DNA from: Lysobacterales bacterium
GTDB taxonomy: Bacteria; Pseudomonadota; Gammaproteobacteria; Xanthomonadales; SZUA-5
Reading direction: 5' to 3'
Length of the DNA: 64,000 bases
Assembly (NCBI GenBank): GCA_041395325.1
Contig: JAWLAT010000008.1
Coordinates: 55,102-119,101 of the forward strand
Positions 10,321 to 18,997 of the stretch are shown piece after piece. The position numbers were made by a program, and so were the translations under genes. The notes under the pieces are model-generated. The model saw only the letters and a program-made list of their open reading frames with translations, was not told the origin of the DNA and did no database searches. Within the stretch, counting starts at the first letter, position 1. Each line of letters opens with the position of its first letter.

Positions 10321-11679
10321 TCAGATCACGCCGGCGCCGCTGAGGAAGACCAGCGCGATCAGCACCGGCGCAACAAAGCGGGTCAGCACTTTCCAGATGG
10401 CATAGCTGCCGGTACCCAGATCGGCCAGCTGCTCGCGACGCCGGCTTTCGAGCAGGATCCAGCCGGCGAAGATGGCGATGCTCAGCCCGCCCAGCGGCAG
10501 CAGCAGGTCACTGGCGACGAAGTTGACCGCATCCAGGATGTTGCGGCCGAACACGCGTACTTCGGACCAGTGGGTGAAGCTCAGCACGCTGGCGATGCCC
10601 AGCACGCCGGCGCCGCCACCCAGCAGCGTCGCCGCTAGCGGCCGCCTGATGCCTTTCTCGACCAGATAGGCGGTGCCGCCCTCGACCAGCGAGATGGTTG
10701 AACTCCAGGCGGCAAACGCGAGCAGCACAAAGAAGGCCAGCCCATACAGATCGCCCCAGGCCATCTGCGCGAAGGCGGTGGGCAGTGCCACAAAGACCAG
10801 TCCCGGACCGTAACTCGCCGGGTCCAGTGAGAAGGCGAAGACGACCGGGAAGATCGCCAGGCCGGCCAGCAGCGCCACGCTGGTGTCGGCCAGACAGATG
10901 ATCCCGCACAACCGCGGCAGCGACAGCTTGTCCGGCACATAGGCGCCATAGGCCATCAGACCGGCCATGCCCAGACTCAACGAGAAGAAGGCTTGCCCGA
11001 GGGCGGCGATCAGCGTCTGACCGGTGACCTTGGAGAAATCGGGCTTGAACAGATAGCTCAGCGTGTGCACGAACTGGCCGGTGGTCATGCCATAGATGAC
11101 CAGCGTGATCAGCAGCAGGAACAGCGCGGGAATCATGAAGCGCACCGCCGCCTCGATGCCCTTTTCCACCCCACGTGCGACGACGAACACCGTCAGCGCC
11201 ACAAACAGGAAATGCCAGAACAGCAGCTGGCTGGTGCTGCTGGTCAACGCGCCGAAATGGGCGCCGGCATCGCTGACGGCCGGGCCGGCACTGAACAGGC
11301 CGCTCAGATAGGTGACCGCATAGGACAGCGTCCAGCCGGCGATGATGCAGTAGAAGGACAGGATCAGCACGCCGGCGGTCAGACCGGACCAGCCAATCAG
11401 CGACCAGGCTCGCCAGGCGCGGGATTCACGGGCCAGGTCGAGCAGGGAGTTGATGGGGCTCTCGCGGCCGGCCCGGCCGATCAGCACCTCGGCAATCATC
11501 ACCGGCAGACCGACCAGCGCAATGGCGGCCAGGTAAATCAGCACGAAGGCGCCGCCGCCATGTTCGGCCGTCACGGTGGAAAAGCGCCAGATGTTGCCCA
11601 GGCCCACCGCCGAGCCAATGGCGGCCAGCAGGAAGCCGAGCTTTGAGGACCACATCCCGTGTTGTGACACCGTTGCCAT
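10321..11679 (-). CDS. Sodium-dependent transporter, neurotransmitter:sodium symporter (NSS/SNF) family
   Basis: N-terminal WSSKLGFLLAAIGSAVGLGNIWRF signature. Multi-TM hydrophobic profile throughout. Start trimmed to MATVSQHG (ATG 11679). Confidence 0.9.
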   Translation of the reverse strand: MATVSQHGMWSSKLGFLLAAIGSAVGLGNIWRFSTVTAEHGGGAFVLIYLAAIALVGLPVMIAEVLIGRAGRESPINSLLDLARESRAWRAWSLIGWSGLTAGVLILSFYCIIAGWTLSYAVTYLSGLFSAGPAVSDAGAHFGALTSSTSQLLFWHFLFVALTVFVVARGVEKGIEAAVRFMIPALFLLLITLVIYGMTTGQFVHTLSYLFKPDFSKVTGQTLIAALGQAFFSLSLGMAGLMAYGAYVPDKLSLPRLCGIICLADTSVALLAGLAIFPVVFAFSLDPASYGPGLVFVALPTAFAQMAWGDLYGLAFFVLLAFAAWSSTISLVEGGTAYLVEKGIRRPLAATLLGGGAGVLGIASVLSFTHWSEVRVFGRNILDAVNFVASDLLLPLGGLSIAIFAGWILLESRRREQLADLGTGSYAIWKVLTRFVAPVLIALVFLSGAGVI

Positions 11680-11820
11680 GGACCGCCTCCCCGGTCTGCC
11701 CAGGGCCGGCAGTATGCCAGTCTGCCGCGGCCCAGGTGCTGCGCCGTTGAAGGCTGCAATTGGTTGCATCAGTGATGCCGGATGCTGCGCTAGAGTGCAG
11801 GTCGGCAGTATGTGAAGGAA

Positions 11821-13446
11821 ATGTCATTGGAACAGGGCCCACCAGGGATGGGCGCTCGAGTTGATGCGCGCCGTGGCGTCGCACCGGGGCCGGTGGTGCC
11901 CGCTCGCCCGCTCGCTGCAGCGGCTGACAGCAAGGCGGCTTGTGCGCCCCCGCGCCGCGCCATTCTGACCGCGGTGTTGAGTTTCGTGGGCCTGTTCGGT
12001 TTCGCCTCACTGGGCGTGAGCTATCTGTATCACCGCGCCAAGGTGGAGTTGCTGGAGGCGCTGCGCACCGAAGTGGCGCAGCTGGCGCGCGCGGCGGTGC
12101 CGCTGGTGGACATCGATCTGCATCAGCAGCTGCGCAGTCCGGGACAGACCGGCTCGGCCGAACATCTGCAGGCCATCCGGCCGCTGGCCGACTTTCACCG
12201 GGCCCTGGAAGACGTCTACTACGTCTATACGGCGGTCCTCGTGGGTGGCGAGATTCACTTTGTCCTGGGCACCGACCATCTGTACCGCGTCAGTGGCGAC
12301 GACGAACTGCCGGATCCGGTCATGGGGCGCTATCCCGGCTCCGATCCCTGGTTCATGCAGGCGTTGCGGGAACAGCGACTGGTGGTCCAGCCAGCCCCGG
12401 TCCAGGAAGCCAAGCGGGCCTATCTGTCGGCTTTTGCACCGCTGCATGACCGCCAGGGCGGTTTCATCGGCGTCGTTGGTGTGGACATGGACGCCGCCAG
12501 CCTGAACCGGCGGCTGGTCGACATGCGCCACACCTATTGGAGCGCCGAAGCCTCGCTGTTGCTGCTGGCATTGTTGGCCGCCGGGATCGTCTGGCGCATT
12601 TCGCTGCGCCACGCTCGCGCCGAAGCCGCCGAGCATGCGGCGCTGTTGCGAGCCGAAGCCGAAGCCGCCTCGGCCAACCAGTTTGCGCTGGAAGCCAGCG
12701 CTGCCAGCCGCGCCAAGAGCGAGTTTCTGGCCATGATGAGCCACGAAATCCGCACGCCCCTGCACGGCATTGTCGCTACGCTGGATCTGCTCTCGGCCAG
12801 CTCCCGCGACCCTGCCCAGCAGCGTTATCTGCGTATCATCGATGCCTCGTCACAAACCTTGCTGCGGCAGATCAACGATCTGCTCGACTTTTCCCGCGCC
12901 GAGTCCGGCCGGATCAGTCTGGAAATGGCACCCTTCGATCTGGCCCGCGCGGTGACCGATGTGGTCGGCCGCTACACCGCGGCAGCCGAGCGCCGCGGAC
13001 TGGATCTGCAACTGGACATTCCGGACGAAGCGCGCATCAAGGTGCTGGGCGATCGTGTCCGGGTCGACCAGGTGCTGTCGAATCTGATGTCCAACGCCTT
13101 GAAATTCACCGAACAGGGTTCGGTGGCGATGGAACTGCAGGTCGAAGGCGACCACCGTTGGCACTTTGCGATCCGCGACACCGGTCCCGGCATTCCGGCC
13201 GGGGAGATCGATCGTTTGTTCCAGCCTTTCGCCCAGCTGGATGGCTCCAACCGGCGCGAACATGGCGGTAGCGGGTTGGGACTGGCCATCTGCCAACGCC
13301 TGGTGGGGTTGATGGGCGGCCGACTGTGGGTCAGCAGTGAGGTGGGCCAGGGGACCACCGTGCACGTCGTGCTGACCTTGCCACTGGCGCCGGTCGCGAA
13401 GCAGGCACGTGCGGCCGAATCTGCCGAGCCGACCCCCTCACCCTGA
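11821..13446 (+). CDS. Sensor histidine kinase (two TM segments, HisKA + HATPase_c), no adjacent response regulator
   Basis: H-box SEFLAMMSHEIRTPLHG, N box LMSNALKFT, G boxes RDTGPGI and GGSGLGLAICQ. Start is uncertain: GTG 11812, ATG 11821 or ATG 11848. Confidence 0.85.
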   Translation: MSLEQGPPGMGARVDARRGVAPGPVVPARPLAAAADSKAACAPPRRAILTAVLSFVGLFGFASLGVSYLYHRAKVELLEALRTEVAQLARAAVPLVDIDLHQQLRSPGQTGSAEHLQAIRPLADFHRALEDVYYVYTAVLVGGEIHFVLGTDHLYRVSGDDELPDPVMGRYPGSDPWFMQALREQRLVVQPAPVQEAKRAYLSAFAPLHDRQGGFIGVVGVDMDAASLNRRLVDMRHTYWSAEASLLLLALLAAGIVWRISLRHARAEAAEHAALLRAEAEAASANQFALEASAASRAKSEFLAMMSHEIRTPLHGIVATLDLLSASSRDPAQQRYLRIIDASSQTLLRQINDLLDFSRAESGRISLEMAPFDLARAVTDVVGRYTAAAERRGLDLQLDIPDEARIKVLGDRVRVDQVLSNLMSNALKFTEQGSVAMELQVEGDHRWHFAIRDTGPGIPAGEIDRLFQPFAQLDGSNRREHGGSGLGLAICQRLVGLMGGRLWVSSEVGQGTTVHVVLTLPLAPVAKQARAAESAEPTPSP

Positions 13447-13514
13447 CGATCAGCACGCCAACCTCACCGCCACAGGCACTACCATCGGCGGGTTTCCCAC
13501 CCGAGGGTCCCAAG

Positions 13515-15908
13515 ATGCGAGTGCTGCCAAACTGGTTGGCCGGGTTGTTGTTGCTGCAGGGCGGCGTTGCGCTGGCCGCACCCGAACTGACACTGGAACA
13601 GGCCATGGCCAATCCTGACTGGATCGGCAATGCGCCGGAGTCGGCCTATCTGGATGCGGCAGGCAGCCAGGTGTTGTTCCAGCGCAAGCGTGACGGCAGC
13701 GAGCTGCGGGATCTGTGGCGGGTGCCTTTCGCCGGTGGCGCAGCGGCGGCCACCGTGCCGATGGACGAGCTCAACACGGTCGACGGTTCGAATTGGCGGC
13801 TGGACGCATCCGGTCGTGCCGTGTTCACCCGCGATGGCGATCTGTGGTTGCGCCAGACCGACGGCCAGCTGCGTCAGTTGACGCGGACGCCGGCCAGCGA
13901 ATCCGAGCCGGCCTGGATGAGCGATGGCCGCATCATGGTGCGCCAGGATGCCGACTGGTGGATTGCCGAGCCGGCCAGCGGCCTGTACTACCCGGCCTAT
14001 CAACTCAGCTTTGGCAAGGATCCCAGCCAGCAGGAACCCGAAGGCCTGTCGGCCGAGGAACTGCGCCTGATCGACACGCTGCGCTACGAGCGCGAGCAGG
14101 AATTGGCGCGCCTGGCGCAGAAGACCGAGCGCAGCCGCGGTGATGCCAGCCAGCTGGCGCCGACGATCTGGTTCGATCCGGCCTGGGAGGCCAGCGGCAA
14201 TGCGCTGTCGGCCGATGGCCGCTGGCTGGTGCTGGCCGTGCGCGCCAAGGATGCGGCCAAGCAGAGCCAGGGCGACAAGATGCCCAAGTTCGTGGCTCGC
14301 TCGGGCTATGTGGAGATCGAGGATGTGCGGCCGCTGGTTGGGCGCAACGGCTTTCCGGCCGAACAGCTATGGCTGATCGACCTGCGCGATGGCAGTCAGC
14401 GACAGCTGGCCTTTGACCAGCTGCCGGGGATCACCGACGACCCCTTGGCCGATCTGCGCGCACAGGCGGAGAACAAGGACAAGAAGGCCTCCGACAAGAA
14501 GGACCCGGCCGAAGCCAAGCCACGACCGGTGCGGATCGGCGACCTGCAGTTCAACGAGGCCGGTGATGCACTGGCGGCGAGCATCTTCAGTCTGGACAAC
14601 AAGGACCGCTGGATCGCCCGGGTCAACCTGGCCAAGGCCGAGCTGGATCCGGTCCACCACCTGCACGACCCTGCCTGGATCAACTGGAGCTTCAACGATT
14701 ATGGCTGGCTGCCCGGCAGCCGTGACCTGTGGTTGCTGTCCGAGCAGTCCGGCTACTCACATCTGTATCTGCAGCGGCAGGGTCAGAAGCCCAAGGCGCT
14801 GACCAAGGGCCGCTGGGAAGTGCTGAGCAACTCGATCCAGACGCCTCGCGACGGACGCTGGATCTACTTCGGCGCCAATCGCGAAAGCCCGTTCCGCAAT
14901 GAGGTCTACCGGTTGCCGGCGCGCGGCGGCGAGATCGAGCAGCTGACCCAAGTCGGCGGCGTCAACGAGTATCGGCTCAGTGCCGACGGGGCACAGCTGC
15001 TGCTGATCCACTCGACCAGTTACAGCCCGCCGCAGTTGTGGCGCCAGGCCGCCCGAGCCGGCGCCGAGGCCAGCCTGCTGTTCGATCCGCGCACCGAGGC
15101 CTATCGCGCCCATGAGTTGCAGCCGCCGGAATTCGTCTGGTACCAGTCCACCCACGGCGACTTCCAGATTCCGGCCAAGCTCTATCGGCCCCGCGGCGAC
15201 GGCCCGGGCCGCGGCGCGGCAGTGATCTTCATTCACGGCGCCGGCTACACCCAGGATGTGCACGAAGGCTATCCGTACTATTTCCGCGAGCAGATGTTCC
15301 ACAACCTGCTGACGGCCGCCGGTGTCACCGTGATCGTGCCGGACTATCGCGCCAGTGAGGGCTATGGCCGCGACTGGCGCACCGCGATCTACCGGCAGAT
15401 GGGCCATCCGGAACTGGAGGATCTGCTCGACGCCAAGGCCTACATGGTGGCGATGCACGGCGTCGACCCCGACCGGATCGCCGTCTACGGCGGCAGCTAT
15501 GGCGGCTTCATGACGATGATGGCGCTGTTCCGCGCGCCGACGGATTTTGCCGCGGGCGCCGCGCTGCGCCCGGTCACCGACTGGATGCACTACAACCATC
15601 CTTACACCGCCAACATCCTCAACACACCGCAGGTGGATCCGGAGGCCTATCGGATTTCCAGTCCCATCGAACACGCCGCCGGCCTGCAGCGCCCGTTGCT
15701 GATCGCCCACGGCATGCTCGACGACAACGTCTTCTTCAAGGATTCGGTGCGGTTGGTGCAGCGTCTGATCGAGCTGCGCAAAGGGCGCTGGTTCGAACTG
15801 GCGGCCTACCCGCTGGAACGCCACGGCTATGTCTATTCCGACAGCTGGTACGACCAGTACGGCCGCATCTGGCGGCTGTTCTCCCGCGAACTGGGCTTCC
15901 CGGAGTAA
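13515..15908 (+). CDS. S9-family serine peptidase (prolyl oligopeptidase / dipeptidyl aminopeptidase-like), secreted
   Basis: Signal peptide; long N-terminal propeller-like region; C-terminal alpha/beta-hydrolase with GGSYGGFMT nucleophile elbow and HGMLDDNV (Asp) ... ERHGY (His). Confidence 0.9.
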   Translation: MRVLPNWLAGLLLLQGGVALAAPELTLEQAMANPDWIGNAPESAYLDAAGSQVLFQRKRDGSELRDLWRVPFAGGAAAATVPMDELNTVDGSNWRLDASGRAVFTRDGDLWLRQTDGQLRQLTRTPASESEPAWMSDGRIMVRQDADWWIAEPASGLYYPAYQLSFGKDPSQQEPEGLSAEELRLIDTLRYEREQELARLAQKTERSRGDASQLAPTIWFDPAWEASGNALSADGRWLVLAVRAKDAAKQSQGDKMPKFVARSGYVEIEDVRPLVGRNGFPAEQLWLIDLRDGSQRQLAFDQLPGITDDPLADLRAQAENKDKKASDKKDPAEAKPRPVRIGDLQFNEAGDALAASIFSLDNKDRWIARVNLAKAELDPVHHLHDPAWINWSFNDYGWLPGSRDLWLLSEQSGYSHLYLQRQGQKPKALTKGRWEVLSNSIQTPRDGRWIYFGANRESPFRNEVYRLPARGGEIEQLTQVGGVNEYRLSADGAQLLLIHSTSYSPPQLWRQAARAGAEASLLFDPRTEAYRAHELQPPEFVWYQSTHGDFQIPAKLYRPRGDGPGRGAAVIFIHGAGYTQDVHEGYPYYFREQMFHNLLTAAGVTVIVPDYRASEGYGRDWRTAIYRQMGHPELEDLLDAKAYMVAMHGVDPDRIAVYGGSYGGFMTMMALFRAPTDFAAGAALRPVTDWMHYNHPYTANILNTPQVDPEAYRISSPIEHAAGLQRPLLIAHGMLDDNVFFKDSVRLVQRLIELRKGRWFELAAYPLERHGYVYSDSWYDQYGRIWRLFSRELGFPE

Positions 15909-15938
15909 TCAGTCGGAGTAGCACTTGGCACCATGCGC

Positions 15939-15959
15939 AGGCCCAGTCTCACTGGGCCT
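15939..15959 (+). terminator. Perfect 9-bp stem / 3-nt loop hairpin downstream of the S9 peptidase gene
   Basis: AGGCCCAGT-ctc-ACTGGGCCT, 31 nt after the stop codon. No U-tract follows. Confidence 0.4.
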
Positions 15960-16045
15960 GAATACGCCCGGAGGCGCTGAACCCGGCTGGATCCGGAGCC
16001 AAGCCCGCTGGGTGTGGGACCGATCCCCGCTGAGCGTGGATTGAG

Positions 16046-16092
16046 TCCCCCTCCCTTGCGCCGCAGGCGGAGGGGAGGGACGGGGAGGGGTG
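16046..16092. repeat. REP-like GC-rich palindromic intergenic element
   Basis: TCCCCCTCCCTTGCGCCGCAGGCGGAGGGGAGGGACGGGGAGGGG. The CCCTCCC/GGGAGGG arms can pair. It resembles the intergenic elements that yield spurious 'PSPSLPSACGAREG'-type ORFs such as track ORF 15949..16176. Only one copy is seen in this window. Confidence 0.35.
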
Positions 16093-16259
16093 TGCTTTCA
16101 ACTCACCGACGAGTCCGCCGGACTGACCAAAGCGCAATTCGTCGGCCCAGCAGACGCCGATGACTGATCGGGTCATCCGCGTGAACGTGAACGTGGTTTG
16201 AGTACAGCGCCCGATACTCAGCGGCGGCTGGGTGCCCGATGGCTCGGACCGCCGCCCGC

Positions 16260-18056
16260 TCAGCTGTTGGCCGCCACCGGATTGGCGGCAGGGCGATCGG
16301 TGCGCCGGCGCGTTTGATGCACCACGCGGTTGCGACCCTTGCGCTTGGCTTCATACAGCGCCGCATCGGCGGCAATCAGCAACTCGCGCAGATCGAAGCC
16401 ATCGTCAGCGGTGGTCGCCACGCCGAAGCTGGCCGACAAACGACTGGGCGAATCGGGCTCGCCGTAGTAGATCTGGTGCACCGCCACCCGGCATTGCTCG
16501 GCCAGCGCCACGGCCGCTTCGCTGGATTGGCCAGGCAGCAGGAATCCAAATTCCTCACCACCGAGGCGGCCAAACAGCCCATGCGGTGCCAGCGTGTCAC
16601 GACAGCAATCGGCGGCGCGACGCAGCATCTCGTCACCGACGGCGTGACCATGGTCGTCGTTGACGGTCTTGAAGAAGTCCAGATCCATGATCAGCAGCGC
16701 GGCGTGGCTGCCGCTGCGCTCTGCCTTCTCCAGCAATCGCCGGGACTGCTCGATGAAATAGGGTCGACTGGCCGCGCCGGTCAGCGAATCGCTCTGCGCC
16801 AGATGCTGGAAGTGCCGCTGCATCTTGCGCGTGCGCAGTGCCCAGAACACCGCAAAGCCCAACACCGTCAGCAGCAGCAGAATCGACAGCCGCGCGTTCT
16901 GCACCGCCGTCTTGGTCACTTCCTGCTGCAGCTTCAGCAATTCGTTCTGCTGGTTCAGACCTTCAATTTCCAGCTTCTGCGCCTGCGTGCGATAACGGGC
17001 CAGCTGAAAGGCGAGTGCTCGCTGGCCGATGTCATCCAGATTGGCCCGCTCGACCTCCGCATTGCGCTGCAGCGCCTGAAAGGCCGCGGCGTAGTCGCCG
17101 CGTTGACTGGCCACGTCAGCCAGAACTCGCCAGGCTTCGGCCAATGGCTCGGTGTTCTCGCCGGGGCGGGTGATATCGATGGCTTCCTGTGCCCGGGCCT
17201 CGGCCTCACCCAGATCACCGATGGCTAGATGAGCCTTGGCTAGCTGCACGGCCATGTCGGAGATCACATACGGATAGCGCGTGCTCTCTATCGCGCTTCG
17301 GTGAGGTTGCAGTGCGGATATGGCGGCCAGCGCTCGGTCGTGCTTGAGGTGCAGTTTTGCTTCTGTGACCCGCATGCTGCTCGCTATCAATGCCTCGCCG
17401 TTGCGCGCACAGTCATCAATGCTTGAAACCAGTGCAGAGTCCACGTCCGCGAGCAGGCCAGATTTCAAACCTGAGTCTGCCTTCAGAGCTTCCGCGCCGC
17501 AGCGGATCCACGGAACTGTCGCTTCCCGGAGAAGTTGAGATGTGAACTTGATGCTGTCCTCATGCTGCCCAACGACATTGTGCAGCTGAGCGGCGACCGC
17601 CAAAGCTTGGGCTCGGGCAGCGGCATCCGACTGCTGCGGCAGTTCCTCCATCAACAAGTTCAGGTGTTCGAAGCTCTCCGTGTGTCGCCGGGCGAGACTG
17701 AAAGCATTGACGATGGTGCTCCGGCTCCTGAACCTGATTGTCGGATTCGTCGCGTGTTGTATCAGTGCCTGCAGCCTGTCGATCGCAAGGGCATGATTTC
17801 CCTCATAGGTTGCCTGCCAACCTCGAAGGTACTCGATTCTCTCCCTTTGGTCGGCGCTGAGTTGCGCTGTACCCTCCGAAAGCGCGTCCAGTTCGGCGAC
17901 GAAGGTCGCGAAATCGACTCTCTTCAGTTCCTCCAGACGAGCGAGCCGGTCGTCGGTGCTGTCGGCTCCTTGAGCCGACAGCATGCCAACGAGCAGCAGC
18001 ACCAGTCCCGCAGCAAGGCCCCTATGCAGCCAAGATTTGGGAATGGATCTGACCAC
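16260..18056 (-). CDS. Diguanylate cyclase (GGDEF) with signal/TM anchor, TPR-like extracytoplasmic region, second TM and coiled-coil
   Basis: C-terminal GGDEF domain: SDSLTGAASRPYF, DLDFFKTVNDDHGHAVGD, active-site RLGGEEFGFLL, EALYEAKRKGRNRV. The longest ORF starts with GTG at 18056, 12 nt after the stop of the upstream small ORF. Confidence 0.9.
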   Translation of the reverse strand: MVRSIPKSWLHRGLAAGLVLLLVGMLSAQGADSTDDRLARLEELKRVDFATFVAELDALSEGTAQLSADQRERIEYLRGWQATYEGNHALAIDRLQALIQHATNPTIRFRSRSTIVNAFSLARRHTESFEHLNLLMEELPQQSDAAARAQALAVAAQLHNVVGQHEDSIKFTSQLLREATVPWIRCGAEALKADSGLKSGLLADVDSALVSSIDDCARNGEALIASSMRVTEAKLHLKHDRALAAISALQPHRSAIESTRYPYVISDMAVQLAKAHLAIGDLGEAEARAQEAIDITRPGENTEPLAEAWRVLADVASQRGDYAAAFQALQRNAEVERANLDDIGQRALAFQLARYRTQAQKLEIEGLNQQNELLKLQQEVTKTAVQNARLSILLLLTVLGFAVFWALRTRKMQRHFQHLAQSDSLTGAASRPYFIEQSRRLLEKAERSGSHAALLIMDLDFFKTVNDDHGHAVGDEMLRRAADCCRDTLAPHGLFGRLGGEEFGFLLPGQSSEAAVALAEQCRVAVHQIYYGEPDSPSRLSASFGVATTADDGFDLRELLIAADAALYEAKRKGRNRVVHQTRRRTDRPAANPVAANS

Positions 18057-18068
18057 CGATCGTACCTG

Positions 18069-18356
18069 TCAGGCAGCTCGACGATTTTCTGAAGGCTCTC
18101 GAGGTTCTTCAGGAGCGTCGTCCTGGTCACCTTGATCCGGTTGGTCTGGATCCTTTGCCGGAAACACCAAACAGGTGAGTGTGGTGCTTGCGGCAAAGTG
18201 TGCGTTGCATGCGATCCGATCGCGGTTGGCGACGAGGTCCAATTCCTCAGATGACAGTCCTGCCAATGCCCCGGCAGTGGTCAGTTCGTTCGTAGAGGCA
18301 TCGCCGAGCGATGCGTCTGCGCCACACGTCTCGAGAAAAGCCATCAGCTTGTTCAT
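18069..18356 (-). CDS. Candidate split-borosin-type RiPP precursor peptide (95 aa)
   Basis: MNKLMAFLETCGADASLGDASTNELTTAGALAGLSSEELDLVANRDRIACNAHFAASTTLTCLVFPAKDPDQPDQGDQDDAPEEPREPSENRRAA. Its ATG overlaps the GNAT stop (ATGA at 18353-18356), and a GGGGGAAG Shine-Dalgarno lies just upstream. The leader layout resembles, from my memory, the recognition leader of the Shewanella split-borosin precursor. Confidence 0.6.
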   Translation of the reverse strand: MNKLMAFLETCGADASLGDASTNELTTAGALAGLSSEELDLVANRDRIACNAHFAASTTLTCLVFPAKDPDQPDQGDQDDAPEEPREPSENRRAA

Positions 18357-18994
18357 CTACTTCCCCCACTAGTGGATTTGCGAACACCAGGCGTCCAGCG
18401 ATCTGCCGCTACCGCCAAGCGCGACCAGAGCATAACCGCACCCAGTTCGGTTTCGGCGGTCTTGCCAGTAAAACCCATCAACCTTGCAACTCTGCACGCC
18501 GCAAGATTGTCAGCCTTGCAGCGCAATAGAAGCCTGCTGACGCCGAGCCTCTGAAGTTGATCAGCCAGTGCACGCATCCCCTCAACAGCCAACCCGTGGC
18601 CCTGAGCTTGGCTGGGTGCGATCACTCCCATCTCCCATTGAGAGCCATCAGGGTCCCAACGGTCTGCACTATAAATTGCCGCTAGGCGTCCACTCTCACG
18701 GACCTCCGCGGCGACTCTCAGGCTCTGGAAGGGCAGTTGCCTTCGATCCCAAGGAAGTGACTGAAAAGGGTCACTGAATTTCCTGAGAGATGATCGGATT
18801 CTCGGCGGGTATTGATTGGCTCGAAGTGCCCACGTGAAGTGTTCGCGAGCGGTTGCTTCGGATAGCGGTTCTCCGATCTTCCTCATGACGCGAGGGTCCC
18901 GATAGAGCGCGATGTACTCCGACTCGTGCTCGGAAGCCAACAGTCGCAGCGTTAGGCGACGCGTATGGGAAAGCTCAATGACGCTTGTAGTCAC
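18353..18994 (-). CDS. GNAT-family N-acetyltransferase (RimJ/RimL, Acetyltransf_3-like)
   Basis: N-terminal TRRLTLRLL...YRDPRVMRKIG pattern and acetyl-CoA motif QAQGHGLAVEG. GTG start 3 nt after the methyltransferase TAG stop; its stop overlaps the precursor ATG. Confidence 0.8.
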   Translation of the reverse strand: MTTSVIELSHTRRLTLRLLASEHESEYIALYRDPRVMRKIGEPLSEATAREHFTWALRANQYPPRIRSSLRKFSDPFQSLPWDRRQLPFQSLRVAAEVRESGRLAAIYSADRWDPDGSQWEMGVIAPSQAQGHGLAVEGMRALADQLQRLGVSRLLLRCKADNLAACRVARLMGFTGKTAETELGAVMLWSRLAVAADRWTPGVRKSTSGGSR

Positions 18995-18997
18995 GTA

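Noticed and set aside
15926-15941. TGGCAC motif downstream of the S9 peptidase gene
   Set aside because: The GC of the would-be -12 element is displaced by 2 nt (TGGCACCATGCGCAGG), and there is no downstream gene on that strand.
15949-16176. 75-aa minus-strand ORF in the S9/GGDEF intergenic region
   Set aside because: Its sequence (…HPSPSLPSACGAREGD…) is the translation of the REP-like palindrome. It has no RBS and atypical composition.
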